This document shows positions 34,118 through 43,531 of a stretch of 51,523 nucleotides of DNA, piece by piece. Within the stretch, counting starts at the first letter, position 1. Every line of letters begins with the position of its first letter. A model generated the notes under the pieces. It saw nothing but the letters and a program-made list of their open reading frames with translations. It did not search any database and had not been told where the DNA came from. Both the position numbers and the translations under genes were made by a program. Source of the DNA: Candidatus Uhrbacteria bacterium (GTDB lineage Bacteria; Patescibacteriota; Patescibacteriia; 2-12-FULL-60-25); contig CAITMG010000030.1 in the NCBI GenBank assembly GCA_903893445.1, positions 1 through 51,523 on the forward strand, given 5' to 3'.

Positions 34118-35425
34118 ATGCAGACAAAAAATATCTCTCTTAAAGGCGCGGCGATCACTTCGTTGATCGTTCTTGTCGCTCTTACCCTTCTTGGTTCCGC
34201 TGCGTTTGCATTTCATTTGAAGCCATCATCATTTCGACCACCGGAAGTATCCGCGGTCGCATTTAATCCTCTTCAAAAAATTCAACAGTGGCTTTCCCCA
34301 CCACCAACACCCGCACCAACACCAGCTCCGACAGAAATTAAAGTCGTTTCAGAAGAATCTCAAGTGATTGACGTGGTAAAAAAATCCACGGGCGCGGTTG
34401 TGAGCATCGTCGCATCAAGTGACGTTCCAAAAATGGAACGATGCGTTCAGCAAATGCCGGGTATCGAAGGACTTCCCCCGGAGTTTCAGCAGATGATGCA
34501 GGTTCAAGGACTCTGCCAAAATGGCACACAAAAACAACGCACCAGCGCAGGGAGCGGATTCCTCGTCACTGCGGATGGGTACATCCTCACAAATAAGCAT
34601 GTCGTTCAGGATGAGAAAAGTTCGTACACCGTTGTCCTTAATGACGACAAACATTCGGGACAAAAGTTCCCAGCAAAAATCCTTGCACGCGACAGCGTCA
34701 ACGATATTGCGGTTTTAAAAATCGAAGGAACGGATCTCCCCTTTTTGACGTTTGGCGATTCCAGCAAACTGCAGGTCGGACAGACAGCCATCGCCATCGG
34801 GTATGCGCTTGGTGAGTTTGATAACACTGTCAGCCGTGGCGTTGTCTCGGGGTTATCTCGTTCTATTCATGCACAAGATGGCATGACTTCCGAGCAACTT
34901 CGCGGACTCATTCAAACGGATGCCGCGATCAATCCAGGCAACTCCGGCGGGCCATTGCTCGACATCGGTGGCAACGTGATCGGAATGAATACCGCGGTTG
35001 CGGATGGGCAAAGTATCGGCTTCGCGATCCCGATCAATGCCGTGAAGGATGACTTTGAACAGGTGAAACAATCCGGGAAAATCACCGAGAAAGATCATGC
35101 CTATCTTGGCATTCGTTTTCTCCCTGTGACAACGGAGATGAAAGACACGAATAATCTTCCGGTTGATTACGGCATGCTCGTTTCACCAGACAACACGCCA
35201 AACGCCCTTGCCGTTGTCCCAGGCTCTCCAGCAGATAAAGCCGGCATTCAACAAAATGACATCATTCTGGAAATCGACGGCAAACAATTGAACGAAAAAT
35301 ATCTGTTGAATGATGTGATTGACGCGCATTCACCAGGCGACACCATCACGCTCAAGATCTATCACAAGGGTGACACCAAGACGATTCAGGTCAAGCTCGA
35401 CAAGCGTCCGACACAAAAAAACTAA
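34118..35425 (+). CDS. htrA: HtrA/DegP-family serine protease with PDZ domain
   Basis: Catalytic TNKHV / DIAVLKI / GNSGGPL triad and a C-terminal PDZ (..GSPADKAGIQQNDIILEIDG..). N-terminal TM. Confidence 0.92.
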   Translation: MQTKNISLKGAAITSLIVLVALTLLGSAAFAFHLKPSSFRPPEVSAVAFNPLQKIQQWLSPPPTPAPTPAPTEIKVVSEESQVIDVVKKSTGAVVSIVASSDVPKMERCVQQMPGIEGLPPEFQQMMQVQGLCQNGTQKQRTSAGSGFLVTADGYILTNKHVVQDEKSSYTVVLNDDKHSGQKFPAKILARDSVNDIAVLKIEGTDLPFLTFGDSSKLQVGQTAIAIGYALGEFDNTVSRGVVSGLSRSIHAQDGMTSEQLRGLIQTDAAINPGNSGGPLLDIGGNVIGMNTAVADGQSIGFAIPINAVKDDFEQVKQSGKITEKDHAYLGIRFLPVTTEMKDTNNLPVDYGMLVSPDNTPNALAVVPGSPADKAGIQQNDIILEIDGKQLNEKYLLNDVIDAHSPGDTITLKIYHKGDTKTIQVKLDKRPTQKN

Positions 35426-35440
35426 TTCCATTTTGGGATC

Positions 35441-35476
35441 AAAAAAACGGCACATGTGAGAACCGCATGTGCCGTT
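35441..35476. terminator. Bidirectional terminator between htrA and the orphan gene
   Basis: aacggcacatg..catgtgccgtt 11-bp stem with an A7 run upstream (T7 on the minus strand). Confidence 0.75.
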
Positions 35477-36623
35477 AAACGTATTTACTCCAACTGACCG
35501 TCGGACGACCGTTATTTTTCCACTGATCGGAAAAGTTTACGTCGATGAGCCGACCGGGTCCGAATGGACGCATGACGTGCGTGGCAAAATCACACCGCCG
35601 CACTTCGCGCATCACCTCGGCCTCGTACGACCTGATGCCAACAGATCCCGTCATTGTCTCGAGAAGACTCCGTGCCTCGTTGGACGTGAGGAGAAGGACG
35701 ATGCGCTTCTCATCGGTCGATGAGCGCACGGACTCCCACCACATTTCCATCTCTTCGTTGAAGAAGTCTCGGTCGTTGCGCATGACGGGCGCCGGCAGCT
35801 CTGGCAAGGCAATGACCGCGCCAAGCGCTGTCTTTATCGATCCGTTGATCGGATCGCGGACAAGACCGTTCGACAGGCGAACGGTTTTTACCGGCTTGAG
35901 ACCGGTCATGCGTTCTTTCTTCGCCCTCTTCCACAGATACTGCTTGAAGGGCCGGATGAGCTGTGCGCCGTCATACCAGACGTCGATCACTGCCATCGTC
36001 AGCAACGATCCCGACTCAAAGAGCCAGACCGGTGACGGAAAGGGATCAAACGTCTTGAGGGTATCGACGGTCAAGAGGATCTTTGCCCGCTCGCCGGACT
36101 CGTTGGATCGCAGCAGCTTCCGATACTTGATCGGAAGGCGCGTCCGCAGCGTCAGCTGTTGCAGGTTATTGGGATCGACGCGTTCGATACCAATCAGCGT
36201 CTGGACCTGCGTCTCTGTGACATGAATCGCGGTGATCACCGCGCTATCGGAAATCACATAACAGATGCGATCACACCAGATGTAGACGGAGCCCGTATTG
36301 ACCCGCTCAACTTGCCCATTGGGGGCATGAATCAGCAGGTCACGACGCGGATCCATGAGGAGCTTCCGTCCATCTGCGGACAGTACTTTCCCCATAGCCA
36401 ACTCTTCGCGGATTCCACGCTCAACGATGGCGAATGCCTCTTGGTCGCGAATGATCTCGGGGATCAACGGACCTTCGACGGGGTCGTCTTGTTGCAGTTC
36501 AAGCTCCAGGCGACGTGCGCCCGCATAGTACGTGACCATGCGGGGCTCGGCCCGACCGGTGTCCGATGCAACGCTTGCGGCCACGGTTCCTCTCTTTCTT
36601 TTGTATGTTGAAAAGGTTTTCAA
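35475..36623 (-). CDS. Orphan hypothetical protein (about 350-382 aa)
   Basis: Long uninterrupted ORF, visibly G+C-richer than its neighbours, with no motif I recognise. The start is ambiguous (TTG 36623 / GTG 36584 / ATG 36539). Confidence 0.6.
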   Translation of the reverse strand: MKTFSTYKRKRGTVAASVASDTGRAEPRMVTYYAGARRLELELQQDDPVEGPLIPEIIRDQEAFAIVERGIREELAMGKVLSADGRKLLMDPRRDLLIHAPNGQVERVNTGSVYIWCDRICYVISDSAVITAIHVTETQVQTLIGIERVDPNNLQQLTLRTRLPIKYRKLLRSNESGERAKILLTVDTLKTFDPFPSPVWLFESGSLLTMAVIDVWYDGAQLIRPFKQYLWKRAKKERMTGLKPVKTVRLSNGLVRDPINGSIKTALGAVIALPELPAPVMRNDRDFFNEEMEMWWESVRSSTDEKRIVLLLTSNEARSLLETMTGSVGIRSYEAEVMREVRRCDFATHVMRPFGPGRLIDVNFSDQWKNNGRPTVSWSKYV

Positions 36624-36652
36624 GCTTCGTTTGTTCGAAAGCCTGATATCCC

Positions 36653-36691
36653 AACCTATCCCGTTCCGAGCTATCTGTCAAGACAGATAGC
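36653..36691 (-). promoter_or_regulatory. Promoter TTGACA-N17-TAGGTT with a perfect 10+10 palindrome over the -35
   Basis: gctatctgtc-aa-gacagatagc (36670-36691) is centred on the -35 hexamer. No T-run follows on either strand. Confidence 0.5.
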
Positions 36692-36721
36692 CCGACACCG
36701 AACAGCTGAAATGTTTCTTTT

Positions 36722-37333
36722 TTAGAGACAAACTTCTGGAGCGGCGGACATTTCCATGCGAGCAAATCGCTTGATCACGATCTTTTCACCAATCTTAGCG
36801 ATCGATGCATTGATCAAATCTTCGATGGTCATGGATTCTTCTTTGAAGAAGGCTTGCTTAGTGAGACAGACTTCGCTGTACCACTTTTGCAATTTTCCTT
36901 CGACGATCTTTGCCTTGATTTCTTCCGGCTTATTCTCGGCAGCGACTTCGGCCGTAAAGATCTCGCGTTGCTTGGAGAGAATATCGGCTGGAATTTCTTC
37001 CGGGGAAACGTACTCTGGATTGATCGCTGCAACCTGCATCGCGATATCGTTTGTCAGTTCCTGAAAATCAGAGTTGCGTCCGACGAAATCGGTTTCGCAC
37101 TGGACTTCAACCATCGCTGCCAATTTCTTGGTGTGGTGGAGGTAGACCGCAACGATCCCTTCGGCCGTTGAACGTTCGGCTGTTTTCTTTGCCGCCTTCA
37201 ATGCACCCTTCTTTTTTAACACTTCGATGGCTTTTTCAATGTCGCCCCCTGCTTCATCGAGAGCGTTCTTTGCGTCAACGATGCCCGCGCCAGTTCGGCC
37301 GCGGAGCTCCATGACGAGTTTTGCATCTGCCAT
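36722..37333 (-). CDS. tsf: Elongation factor Ts (short form)
   Basis: ..LRGRTGAGIVDAKNAL.EAGGDIEKA...L.. followed by ..VEV.CETDFV.. Confidence 0.93.
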   Translation of the reverse strand: MADAKLVMELRGRTGAGIVDAKNALDEAGGDIEKAIEVLKKKGALKAAKKTAERSTAEGIVAVYLHHTKKLAAMVEVQCETDFVGRNSDFQELTNDIAMQVAAINPEYVSPEEIPADILSKQREIFTAEVAAENKPEEIKAKIVEGKLQKWYSEVCLTKQAFFKEESMTIEDLINASIAKIGEKIVIKRFARMEMSAAPEVCL

Positions 37334-37354
37334 ATTTTTTGGGTAAAGGACAAA

Positions 37355-37410
37355 GGCTGTAGGCGGTAGGCAGTAGCTTTTCGAGCTACAACCTACTGCC
37401 TACTGCCTCG
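37355..37410. repeat. GTAGGC/GTAGCT-type long imperfect hairpin between rpsB and tsf
   Basis: ggctgtaggcggtaggcagtagc-ttttcga-gctacaacctactgcctactgcc. It shares aggcggtaggca and taggcagtagct words with 41605-41635. Confidence 0.75.
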
Positions 37411-37419
37411 TTTTAATTA

Positions 37420-38160
37420 TTATTTCGTTTCTGCTTTGACGAGCGATCCGCCGAGACGTGCGCGGGCCGTTTCCCATTCATTGCGACCTTCCTGACATGC
37501 GCCAGAAACAAGGTTCGCGATGAGTGTGATGGACTTCACACCGTCGTCGTTACATGGGATGACGTAGTCCACATCTGTCGGATCAACGTTCGTATCACAC
37601 ACAGCAACGATCGGGACGCTGCGACGAAGAGCTTCTTCGACGGCGGTCTTATCTTTGCGGATGTCGAAGACGAACATCGCGTCTGGGATGCGAGCAAGGT
37701 CCTGGATACCACCGACCTTCTCATCGAGTTTTTCGATTTCTTCCGTAAACTTGAGCTGTTCGAACTTGGTGTATTTGCCGAGTTCGCCCTTCTCCTGCTT
37801 GCGCTTGAGATCCTTAAACTTGCGAAGCACCTGCGAGATCGCAGAGTAGTTGGTCAATGTGCCGCCGAGCCAGCGCTTGTTGACGTATGGCATGCCACAC
37901 GCTTTTGCCGCAGCTTCGACGATCTTTGCCGACTGGCTCTTGGTGCCGACGAACAAAACCACACCGCCGCGAGCGGCAATGGACTTGAGATACGGGAGGG
38001 CCTTGTCGAGCGCCTTTTGCGTTTCCTCAAGATTCAAAATATGGATGCCGTTGCGGCTTCCGAAGATGAACTTTTTCATGCGCGGGTGCCACTTGGACGT
38101 CTGGTGTCCAAAGTGAGCTCCAGCAGAAAGAAGCTCTGGGAGTGTTGGCGTTTTCGCCAT
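37420..38160 (-). CDS. rpsB: 30S ribosomal protein S2
   Basis: ..LLSAGAHFGHQTSKWHPRMKKFIFG.RNGIHI.NL..T.. Trimmed to MAKTPTL. Confidence 0.95.
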   Translation of the reverse strand: MAKTPTLPELLSAGAHFGHQTSKWHPRMKKFIFGSRNGIHILNLEETQKALDKALPYLKSIAARGGVVLFVGTKSQSAKIVEAAAKACGMPYVNKRWLGGTLTNYSAISQVLRKFKDLKRKQEKGELGKYTKFEQLKFTEEIEKLDEKVGGIQDLARIPDAMFVFDIRKDKTAVEEALRRSVPIVAVCDTNVDPTDVDYVIPCNDDGVKSITLIANLVSGACQEGRNEWETARARLGGSLVKAETK

Positions 38161-38302
38161 AATTGGATTGTGCCTTTTAACCTCTTCACGCCCGATCCGG
38201 ATCCCGACACTCCTGCCAGGAAGGCCCCGAACCTGCTTGATCCGCCACAATGGCGAATCTGCGCGAATGGGAGATGAATAACAACGAGTGGCCGGACAAT
38301 AT

Positions 38303-38334
38303 CAAAAACCGCTCCCGTTGGCAAGGGAGCGGTT
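38303..38334 (-). terminator. Rho-independent terminator
   Basis: aaccgctccc..gggagcggtt 10-bp stem, with ttttgat on the minus strand. Confidence 0.75.
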
Positions 38335-38355
38335 CCTGTTTGATTCTTTGCTTGG

Positions 38356-38895
38356 TTACGCTTGTTTTGGCACTTCGATGGCAGATTCCGACTTCACCTC
38401 TGAATGGCAGCAACCGCCCATCTTTTGCTTCTTTACTTTGAACCACAAGACCTTGATGCTGAGAATGAGAAACGCCCACACGAGCAGCATGGTGAAACCT
38501 CCGACGAACATGCCGACGATGCTCCCATGCGGACGGCGTGCGCCCGTCGATCGCACTTGCATTGGAAGCTGTTGGACAACGACCTGCTGTGGCTGCGCTT
38601 GGCGCTGATAGCCCTGCGTGTAACCACCAAACTGAACGTTTCCTCCGCGAACAGATCGGCCCATCATCCCGCTATTTCCACCCATCATCCCTCGACCAAC
38701 ATATCCCCCATCCACCTGAACCGGCTGACTTGTCTGTACCCACGGCTGTACATCCGCCTGAACCTGCTGAGGCGCTTGCTGCACCTGTCGCATCATCTGA
38801 CGCGGCTGAACAGCGGCTGTCGGGCTGGCCGCGTAAACCGCACCAGCAAAAAACAGACTCGTAAACACCATCATGACGTAAAATGATTTTTTCAT
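38356..38895 (-). CDS. Secreted Gln/Gly/Met-rich protein with C-terminal TM anchor
   Basis: Signal peptide MKKSFYVMMVFTSLFFAGAVYA, Q-rich low complexity, a C-terminal TM ..FVGGFTMLLVWAFLILSI.. and a basic tail. Confidence 0.6.
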   Translation of the reverse strand: MKKSFYVMMVFTSLFFAGAVYAASPTAAVQPRQMMRQVQQAPQQVQADVQPWVQTSQPVQVDGGYVGRGMMGGNSGMMGRSVRGGNVQFGGYTQGYQRQAQPQQVVVQQLPMQVRSTGARRPHGSIVGMFVGGFTMLLVWAFLILSIKVLWFKVKKQKMGGCCHSEVKSESAIEVPKQA

Positions 38896-38933
38896 AGGGT
38901 TGTCCGTATTACGACCAGACCGAGGAGATTGGT

Positions 38934-39680
38934 TCAGATCGCCTTTTTGACCAATTTCATCCCCTCCTCCAAAAACCACTCATATCCTCGTCCATTTTTT
39001 ATGGATTGTTTGTAGAGCTGATTAATGACAACAGGTGCGCATCGTCCATCTATTTTTATTTTTCGATGTTCTTTGTACGGTTTTTCACGCATCCCAACGA
39101 CGGTTCGTATACGCGGATCATTTAATACCGCCACTGCAGCCAGCTCACTTAATAACCACTCACGATGCGGAGCTTCGAATGTTTGCGAGTCAGCCTCGGG
39201 GTGCATTTCGCGCCATTTTTTAAAATGAAGAAAGTGAGTAACTTCGTGCGTAACGATGCGTCGAACATTTGCTTGATCTTCGCAACGCAGGTAAACGGAA
39301 AAACTCCACGACGGCAAAAATCTTGGACAGACCGGATTCTGTGAAATAATTGCCTCGATTCTTTTTCGTGTTGCTGGGAAATCCGTTCCAATAATCTGCA
39401 CTAGTGTAGGTAATATCTTTTTCTCAATGCGATCCCAATCTTTTTGGAAATTCTTTTTTGTTCGTTGGAATTCGTTCGCGTTTGTTTTTAAAAATGCCGT
39501 TACAGATTTTTTAAGTTGTGTTTTTTGCTTCTTTCCATCACTCATTTCCTGAATCGTCCGCAACTCGGGGTACAAGTGCGTTATTTTTTCTCCCCAAGAA
39601 CCCTCTAAAAATATTCCGATGATATCGGCTTCAAAAGCGGCCGTTGCGACCACAAACTGGACGCGTGGAATCGTTTTCAT
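38934..39680 (-). CDS. Hypothetical protein with HExxH zinc-metallopeptidase motif
   Basis: ..RRIVTHEVTHFLHF.. AT-richer than its neighbours. Family not identified. Confidence 0.6.
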   Translation of the reverse strand: MKTIPRVQFVVATAAFEADIIGIFLEGSWGEKITHLYPELRTIQEMSDGKKQKTQLKKSVTAFLKTNANEFQRTKKNFQKDWDRIEKKILPTLVQIIGTDFPATRKRIEAIISQNPVCPRFLPSWSFSVYLRCEDQANVRRIVTHEVTHFLHFKKWREMHPEADSQTFEAPHREWLLSELAAVAVLNDPRIRTVVGMREKPYKEHRKIKIDGRCAPVVINQLYKQSIKNGRGYEWFLEEGMKLVKKAI

Positions 39681-39693
39681 ATCACTAGCATAA

Positions 39694-39731
39694 CAAAAAA
39701 GCTCCGCGGTCGTCGTGTGACGAAGCGGAGC
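39694..39731 (-). terminator. Rho-independent terminator
   Basis: gctccgc..gcggagc stem with tttttt on the minus strand. Confidence 0.65.
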
Positions 39732-39737
39732 GAGACG

Positions 39738-40430
39738 CTAAGGAGCGATTTCGAATTTCTCGGTCGTACCCCACTGGTGGAGCTTGCCCGTGAAACCGGT
39801 GGCTGAATTGTATGAGCCGATTTGCGACTCACCGATGCAGACGAGAACCGTCCCGATGGCGGAGAAGGACGAGCCTGAACCATTGGAGAGCGGCAATCCC
39901 GTGTTGAGCTTGAAGCCGCCCGCCGAGATAACGCCGACGATGAAGTGCACCGTATTCGGTCCACCGAAGGTGCAGGCGATCGTGTTGGCGCTTGGATCAG
40001 ATCCTGCACAACTTGGGTACGGATCCCACCAGTCCCCAACACCGACGGAACCCGCAAACGCGAGCGTGCCGGTTGGTCGTCCTGGAGGCGCAGGCGTCGT
40101 GTACAACACGCCGAGCTGACCCGACGGAAACCCCTTCCCGACACATGGATCCGTCACCACATCTGGCACGACATCCGGTGCGACATCGAGGCTCGCATCC
40201 GTGTCCCCCGCCGTGTCCGGTGGTGTGGCGTCGATCGACGTTTCCACCGTGCTGACATCGAGCGCTCCTTCGGAGCCCGTGTCGATGAGAGATGCCTCGG
40301 GCTGAGACGTTGCGACGTCCGCGCCCGCGTCATCACTCCCAAGACCGCTCAGATCCGATCCGAAACAGGATGTCGTCCCGCTCATCACGATGAGCACTGA
40401 CCAACGTCGCAGAATTCTTTTTACCTTCAC
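39738..40430 (-). CDS. G+C-rich putative lipoprotein with Asp/Pro/Thr-rich linker
   Basis: GTG at 40430 with GGAGG upstream. VKVKRILRRWSVLIVMSGTTSC resembles a signal plus lipobox, followed by an acidic linker and a Gly-rich beta domain. Confidence 0.55.
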   Translation of the reverse strand: MKVKRILRRWSVLIVMSGTTSCFGSDLSGLGSDDAGADVATSQPEASLIDTGSEGALDVSTVETSIDATPPDTAGDTDASLDVAPDVVPDVVTDPCVGKGFPSGQLGVLYTTPAPPGRPTGTLAFAGSVGVGDWWDPYPSCAGSDPSANTIACTFGGPNTVHFIVGVISAGGFKLNTGLPLSNGSGSSFSAIGTVLVCIGESQIGSYNSATGFTGKLHQWGTTEKFEIAP

Positions 40431-40511
40431 GTGACCTCCCCACCAAAAATTGTTGCGAATGTGCACAAACAAAAAACCACGAAATCGTGGTTTTGTCAAT
40501 CCGTCAGATGC

Positions 40512-41600
40512 TTATTCGTCGCTGGAATCGTCTTCCTCTGTGCCGCGTTTTCCGGTGCGAACGGCGGTGATCACTTCATCTAATTCTCCATCCAAAATCA
40601 ACGGAATATTGTGCCAAGAGTGCTTGATGCGATGATCTGTAATGCGATCTTGCGGATAATTGTATGTGCGAATTTTTTCGGAGCGATCACCATTGCCGAT
40701 TTGCGCGCGGCGCTCGGCGTCCAACTCGCTCCGTTTTTTTGTTTCTTCAATCTCCCACAATCGCGCGCGCAAAATTGTCATGGCGCGATCGCGATTTTGA
40801 AGCTGTGAACGTTCGTCCTGACAGTTCACCGTTGTACCCGTTGGAAGATGCGTGATACGCACTGCCGACTTGGTCGTGTTCACGCTCTGTCCACCTTTTC
40901 CCCCGGCACAAAACGTGTCGATGCGAAGATCTTTTTGCTCGATGCGAATATCCGTTTCTTCGAGTTCCGGGAGCACGGCGACGGTCGCGGTGGAGGTATG
41001 AATGCGTCCGGCCTTTTCCGTAGCTGGTACGCGTTGGACGCGGTGCACGCCCATCTCGCCTTTGAGCAGCCCATATGCGCCATCCCCCTGAATCACAAAC
41101 ACAACTTCCTTGTACCCACCGTGTTCGGACATCGAATCGGAGACGAGCGCCATCTTCCAGCCTTTGCGTTCGGCGTATCGCGTGTACATGCGCAACAAAT
41201 CACCGGCAAACAACGACGCTTCGTCACCGCCGGTGCCAGCACGGATTTCGACAATGACGTTATTGCGGTCATGCGGATCCGGTGGAACAAGCGCAACTTC
41301 AAATGCCTGCTGAGCTTCTTCCAGCTCCTTTTGGGCGGCAGGTAATTCTGCGGCGCCTAATTCTTTCATGTCTGCGTCATCTGACACAATGGCTGCCTTT
41401 GCGTCGTCATATGCGCGCAAAGCCGCGTCATAGCGATTGGCGAACTCGCTCAATTTTCGCGCATCATCATAGGCACGCGAAACATCCCGAAATTTCTTTT
41501 GGTCGGCGATGACGTCAGCACTGGAAACTTGCTGTTCCAGCTCATGGAGTTTTTTTCGTGCTTCGAGCACGGATCGTTTATAGTCGGACATATGGGACAA
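40512..41600 (-). CDS. prfA: Peptide chain release factor 1
   Basis: [10 protein letters not shown] (GGQ) motif, ..RIDTF.A.G.GGQ.. context, 362 aa. Confidence 0.95.
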   Translation of the reverse strand: MSHMSDYKRSVLEARKKLHELEQQVSSADVIADQKKFRDVSRAYDDARKLSEFANRYDAALRAYDDAKAAIVSDDADMKELGAAELPAAQKELEEAQQAFEVALVPPDPHDRNNVIVEIRAGTGGDEASLFAGDLLRMYTRYAERKGWKMALVSDSMSEHGGYKEVVFVIQGDGAYGLLKGEMGVHRVQRVPATEKAGRIHTSTATVAVLPELEETDIRIEQKDLRIDTFCAGGKGGQSVNTTKSAVRITHLPTGTTVNCQDERSQLQNRDRAMTILRARLWEIEETKKRSELDAERRAQIGNGDRSEKIRTYNYPQDRITDHRIKHSWHNIPLILDGELDEVITAVRTGKRGTEEDDSSDE

Positions 41601-41604
41601 GACA

Positions 41605-41635
41605 GGCGGTAGGCAATAGGCAGTAGCTGGTAGCT
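41605..41635. repeat. GTAGGC/GTAGCT-type repeat, solo copy
   Basis: ggcggtaggcaataggcagtagctggtagct, 5 nt upstream of the prfA start. Confidence 0.7.
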
Positions 41636-41656
41636 TGCGGCGAAAAAATTGATAAC

Positions 41657-41680
41657 AAAAATCCCGCTTTGAGACGGGAT
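41657..41680 (-). terminator. Rho-independent terminator of rpmE
   Basis: atcccg-tctcaaag-cgggat followed by ttttt on the minus strand. Confidence 0.7.
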
Positions 41681-41695
41681 CCTTGTTTCAAACAG

Positions 41696-41998
41696 CTACG
41701 CTTCGTTTAAAGCGGTTGGGCTCTTTTGAGACTTTTTTGCTGCCTTTTGAGCGGCGCGCTTATCTGCCTTTTCCTGCTTGGAAACGGCGGTTGTCGCTTT
41801 CGCTGCGGTGCGGCCAACAAATTTTTCGACGCGGCGGGCCGTGTCGACAATCTTTTGTTTGCCCGTGTAGAACGGATGGCACTTTGAGCAGATTTCAATA
41901 TGGATTTCCGGGATCGTTGAACCGGTCACGGCAACGTTGCCGCAAGCGCAGATGATCTTCGCGTCTGGGAAATACTTCGGATGGAGGTCGGATTTCAT
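41696..41998 (-). CDS. rpmE: 50S ribosomal protein L31 with Lys/Ala-rich C-terminal extension
   Basis: MKSDLHPKY....I.C.CG.........[18 protein letters not shown].. Confidence 0.93.
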   Translation of the reverse strand: MKSDLHPKYFPDAKIICACGNVAVTGSTIPEIHIEICSKCHPFYTGKQKIVDTARRVEKFVGRTAAKATTAVSKQEKADKRAAQKAAKKSQKSPTALNEA

Positions 41999-42082
41999 AC
42001 GACAAATGTGCGAGGAGCATAGCAGAGACTGGAAATTTGGGCAAGGGAGTGCTATGGTAGCGCTTCGATTCGTCGAAAAACC

Positions 42083-43099
42083 ATGAAAACCTCCGATTTT
42101 GATTACATCCTGCCGGAAAGCTCAATTGCGCAGACCCCCGCAGAACCCCGCGACTCCTCGCGGCTCCTTGTGATGAACCGCCAGACCGGCGAGCTCACGC
42201 ACAAGCATTTTTCCGATTTGGGCGACGTTTTGCGTCCAGGCGACCTGCTCGTCGTCAACGAGAGCCGCGTCTTTAAGGCCCGTCTCAAGGGCATTGCGAC
42301 GCACGCCGGACCGTCACGCACCAAGGGTGGCATCATGGCCGAAGTCTTTCTTCTCCGCGCTGACGGCCCGTATTGGATCGCCATGGCCAAGCCAGGCAAA
42401 AAGCTGCGCATTCGATCCGTCATTACGTTTGCCGATGGCACGTATTGCACGGTGGAGGAAAAGTTTGAAGACGGCACCGTCCGCTTAGATTTTCAGCAGT
42501 CCGCTGAAGCGATTTTGGCTTGGACAGATGCGAACGGCGAAGTTCCGCTCCCCCCATATATCAAACAGTCTGCCGAAGCGGATCGCTATCAAACGGTGTA
42601 CGCAAAAGATACTGGCTCCGTTGCCGCGCCAACCGCAGGTCTTCATTTTACGCCAGAGTTGATTGAGGCATTGAAAGCAAAAGGTATCCGATTTGCCAGC
42701 GTCATTTTGCATGTCGGTCTTGGGACATTTCGCCCGATGAAAACCGAGACGCTCGAAGAGCACGAGATGCACGCCGAGTGGATCGACGTTTCCGATGACA
42801 CCGTTCATGCGATCGAGGAAACAAAAAAGAATGGCGGACGCGTGATCGCTGTCGGCACCACATCCGTTCGTGCGCTTGAGAGTCACATCCGACACGGCTT
42901 TACGAATATTTTCATCACACCGGGCTACACCTTTAAGGTCGTAGACGCGATGATCACCAACTTTCATCTTCCAAAGTCTACATTGCTTGTTCTTGTCTCG
43001 GCATTTGCCGGACGCGAACACGTTTTATCCGCATATTCACAGGCGATTAGCGAAGGATACCGATTCTATTCGTTTGGTGATGCGATGTTGATTGCGTAG
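42083..43099 (+). CDS. queA: S-adenosylmethionine:tRNA ribosyltransferase-isomerase
   Basis: [15 protein letters not shown]...RD.SRLLV.. and ..PLPPYI.. and ..YQTVYA...[13 protein letters not shown].. Confidence 0.95.
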   Translation: MKTSDFDYILPESSIAQTPAEPRDSSRLLVMNRQTGELTHKHFSDLGDVLRPGDLLVVNESRVFKARLKGIATHAGPSRTKGGIMAEVFLLRADGPYWIAMAKPGKKLRIRSVITFADGTYCTVEEKFEDGTVRLDFQQSAEAILAWTDANGEVPLPPYIKQSAEADRYQTVYAKDTGSVAAPTAGLHFTPELIEALKAKGIRFASVILHVGLGTFRPMKTETLEEHEMHAEWIDVSDDTVHAIEETKKNGGRVIAVGTTSVRALESHIRHGFTNIFITPGYTFKVVDAMITNFHLPKSTLLVLVSAFAGREHVLSAYSQAISEGYRFYSFGDAMLIA

Positions 43100-43108
43100 G
43101 AAAATTTC

Positions 43109-43468
43109 TCATAAGATATTTTCAATCAGATAATATTCCGGCGGTTGTCCCGGGATGATTGTGATGGCTAATGCATGCACATGAACGCGATCCGGAATGT
43201 GCGCATGACGGCTCAGATAGACTTCGATCGTGCGCGCGAGATGTCGTAACTTTTTGCCGGTGATGGATTCTTCCGGATATCCATACGTGAGTGATCGACG
43301 CGTTTTGACTTCGACAAAATGCAGCTCGCTACGACGCTCAAGAATGAGATCGATTTCACCGAGTCGGCACAACCAATTTCGCTCCACGATGCGATAGCCG
43401 CGCAATTCAAAATAGGCGAGCGCGAGCGCTTCGCCGGAATCTCCAAACATTCGTCGTTCGTGCGGCAT
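43109..43468 (-). CDS. YraN family (UPF0102) endonuclease-like protein
   Basis: ..GE.LA..YF...GY.IVERNW.CR.GEIDLI......L.FVEVKTR.. Trimmed to MPHERRMFG. Confidence 0.85.
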   Translation of the reverse strand: MPHERRMFGDSGEALALAYFELRGYRIVERNWLCRLGEIDLILERRSELHFVEVKTRRSLTYGYPEESITGKKLRHLARTIEVYLSRHAHIPDRVHVHALAITIIPGQPPEYYLIENIL

Positions 43469-43531
43469 ATCCCCTTCTCTACCGCTGCCATATCTTTTTG
43501 CATTCATCAAGACCGGAATCACGCGCATAAC

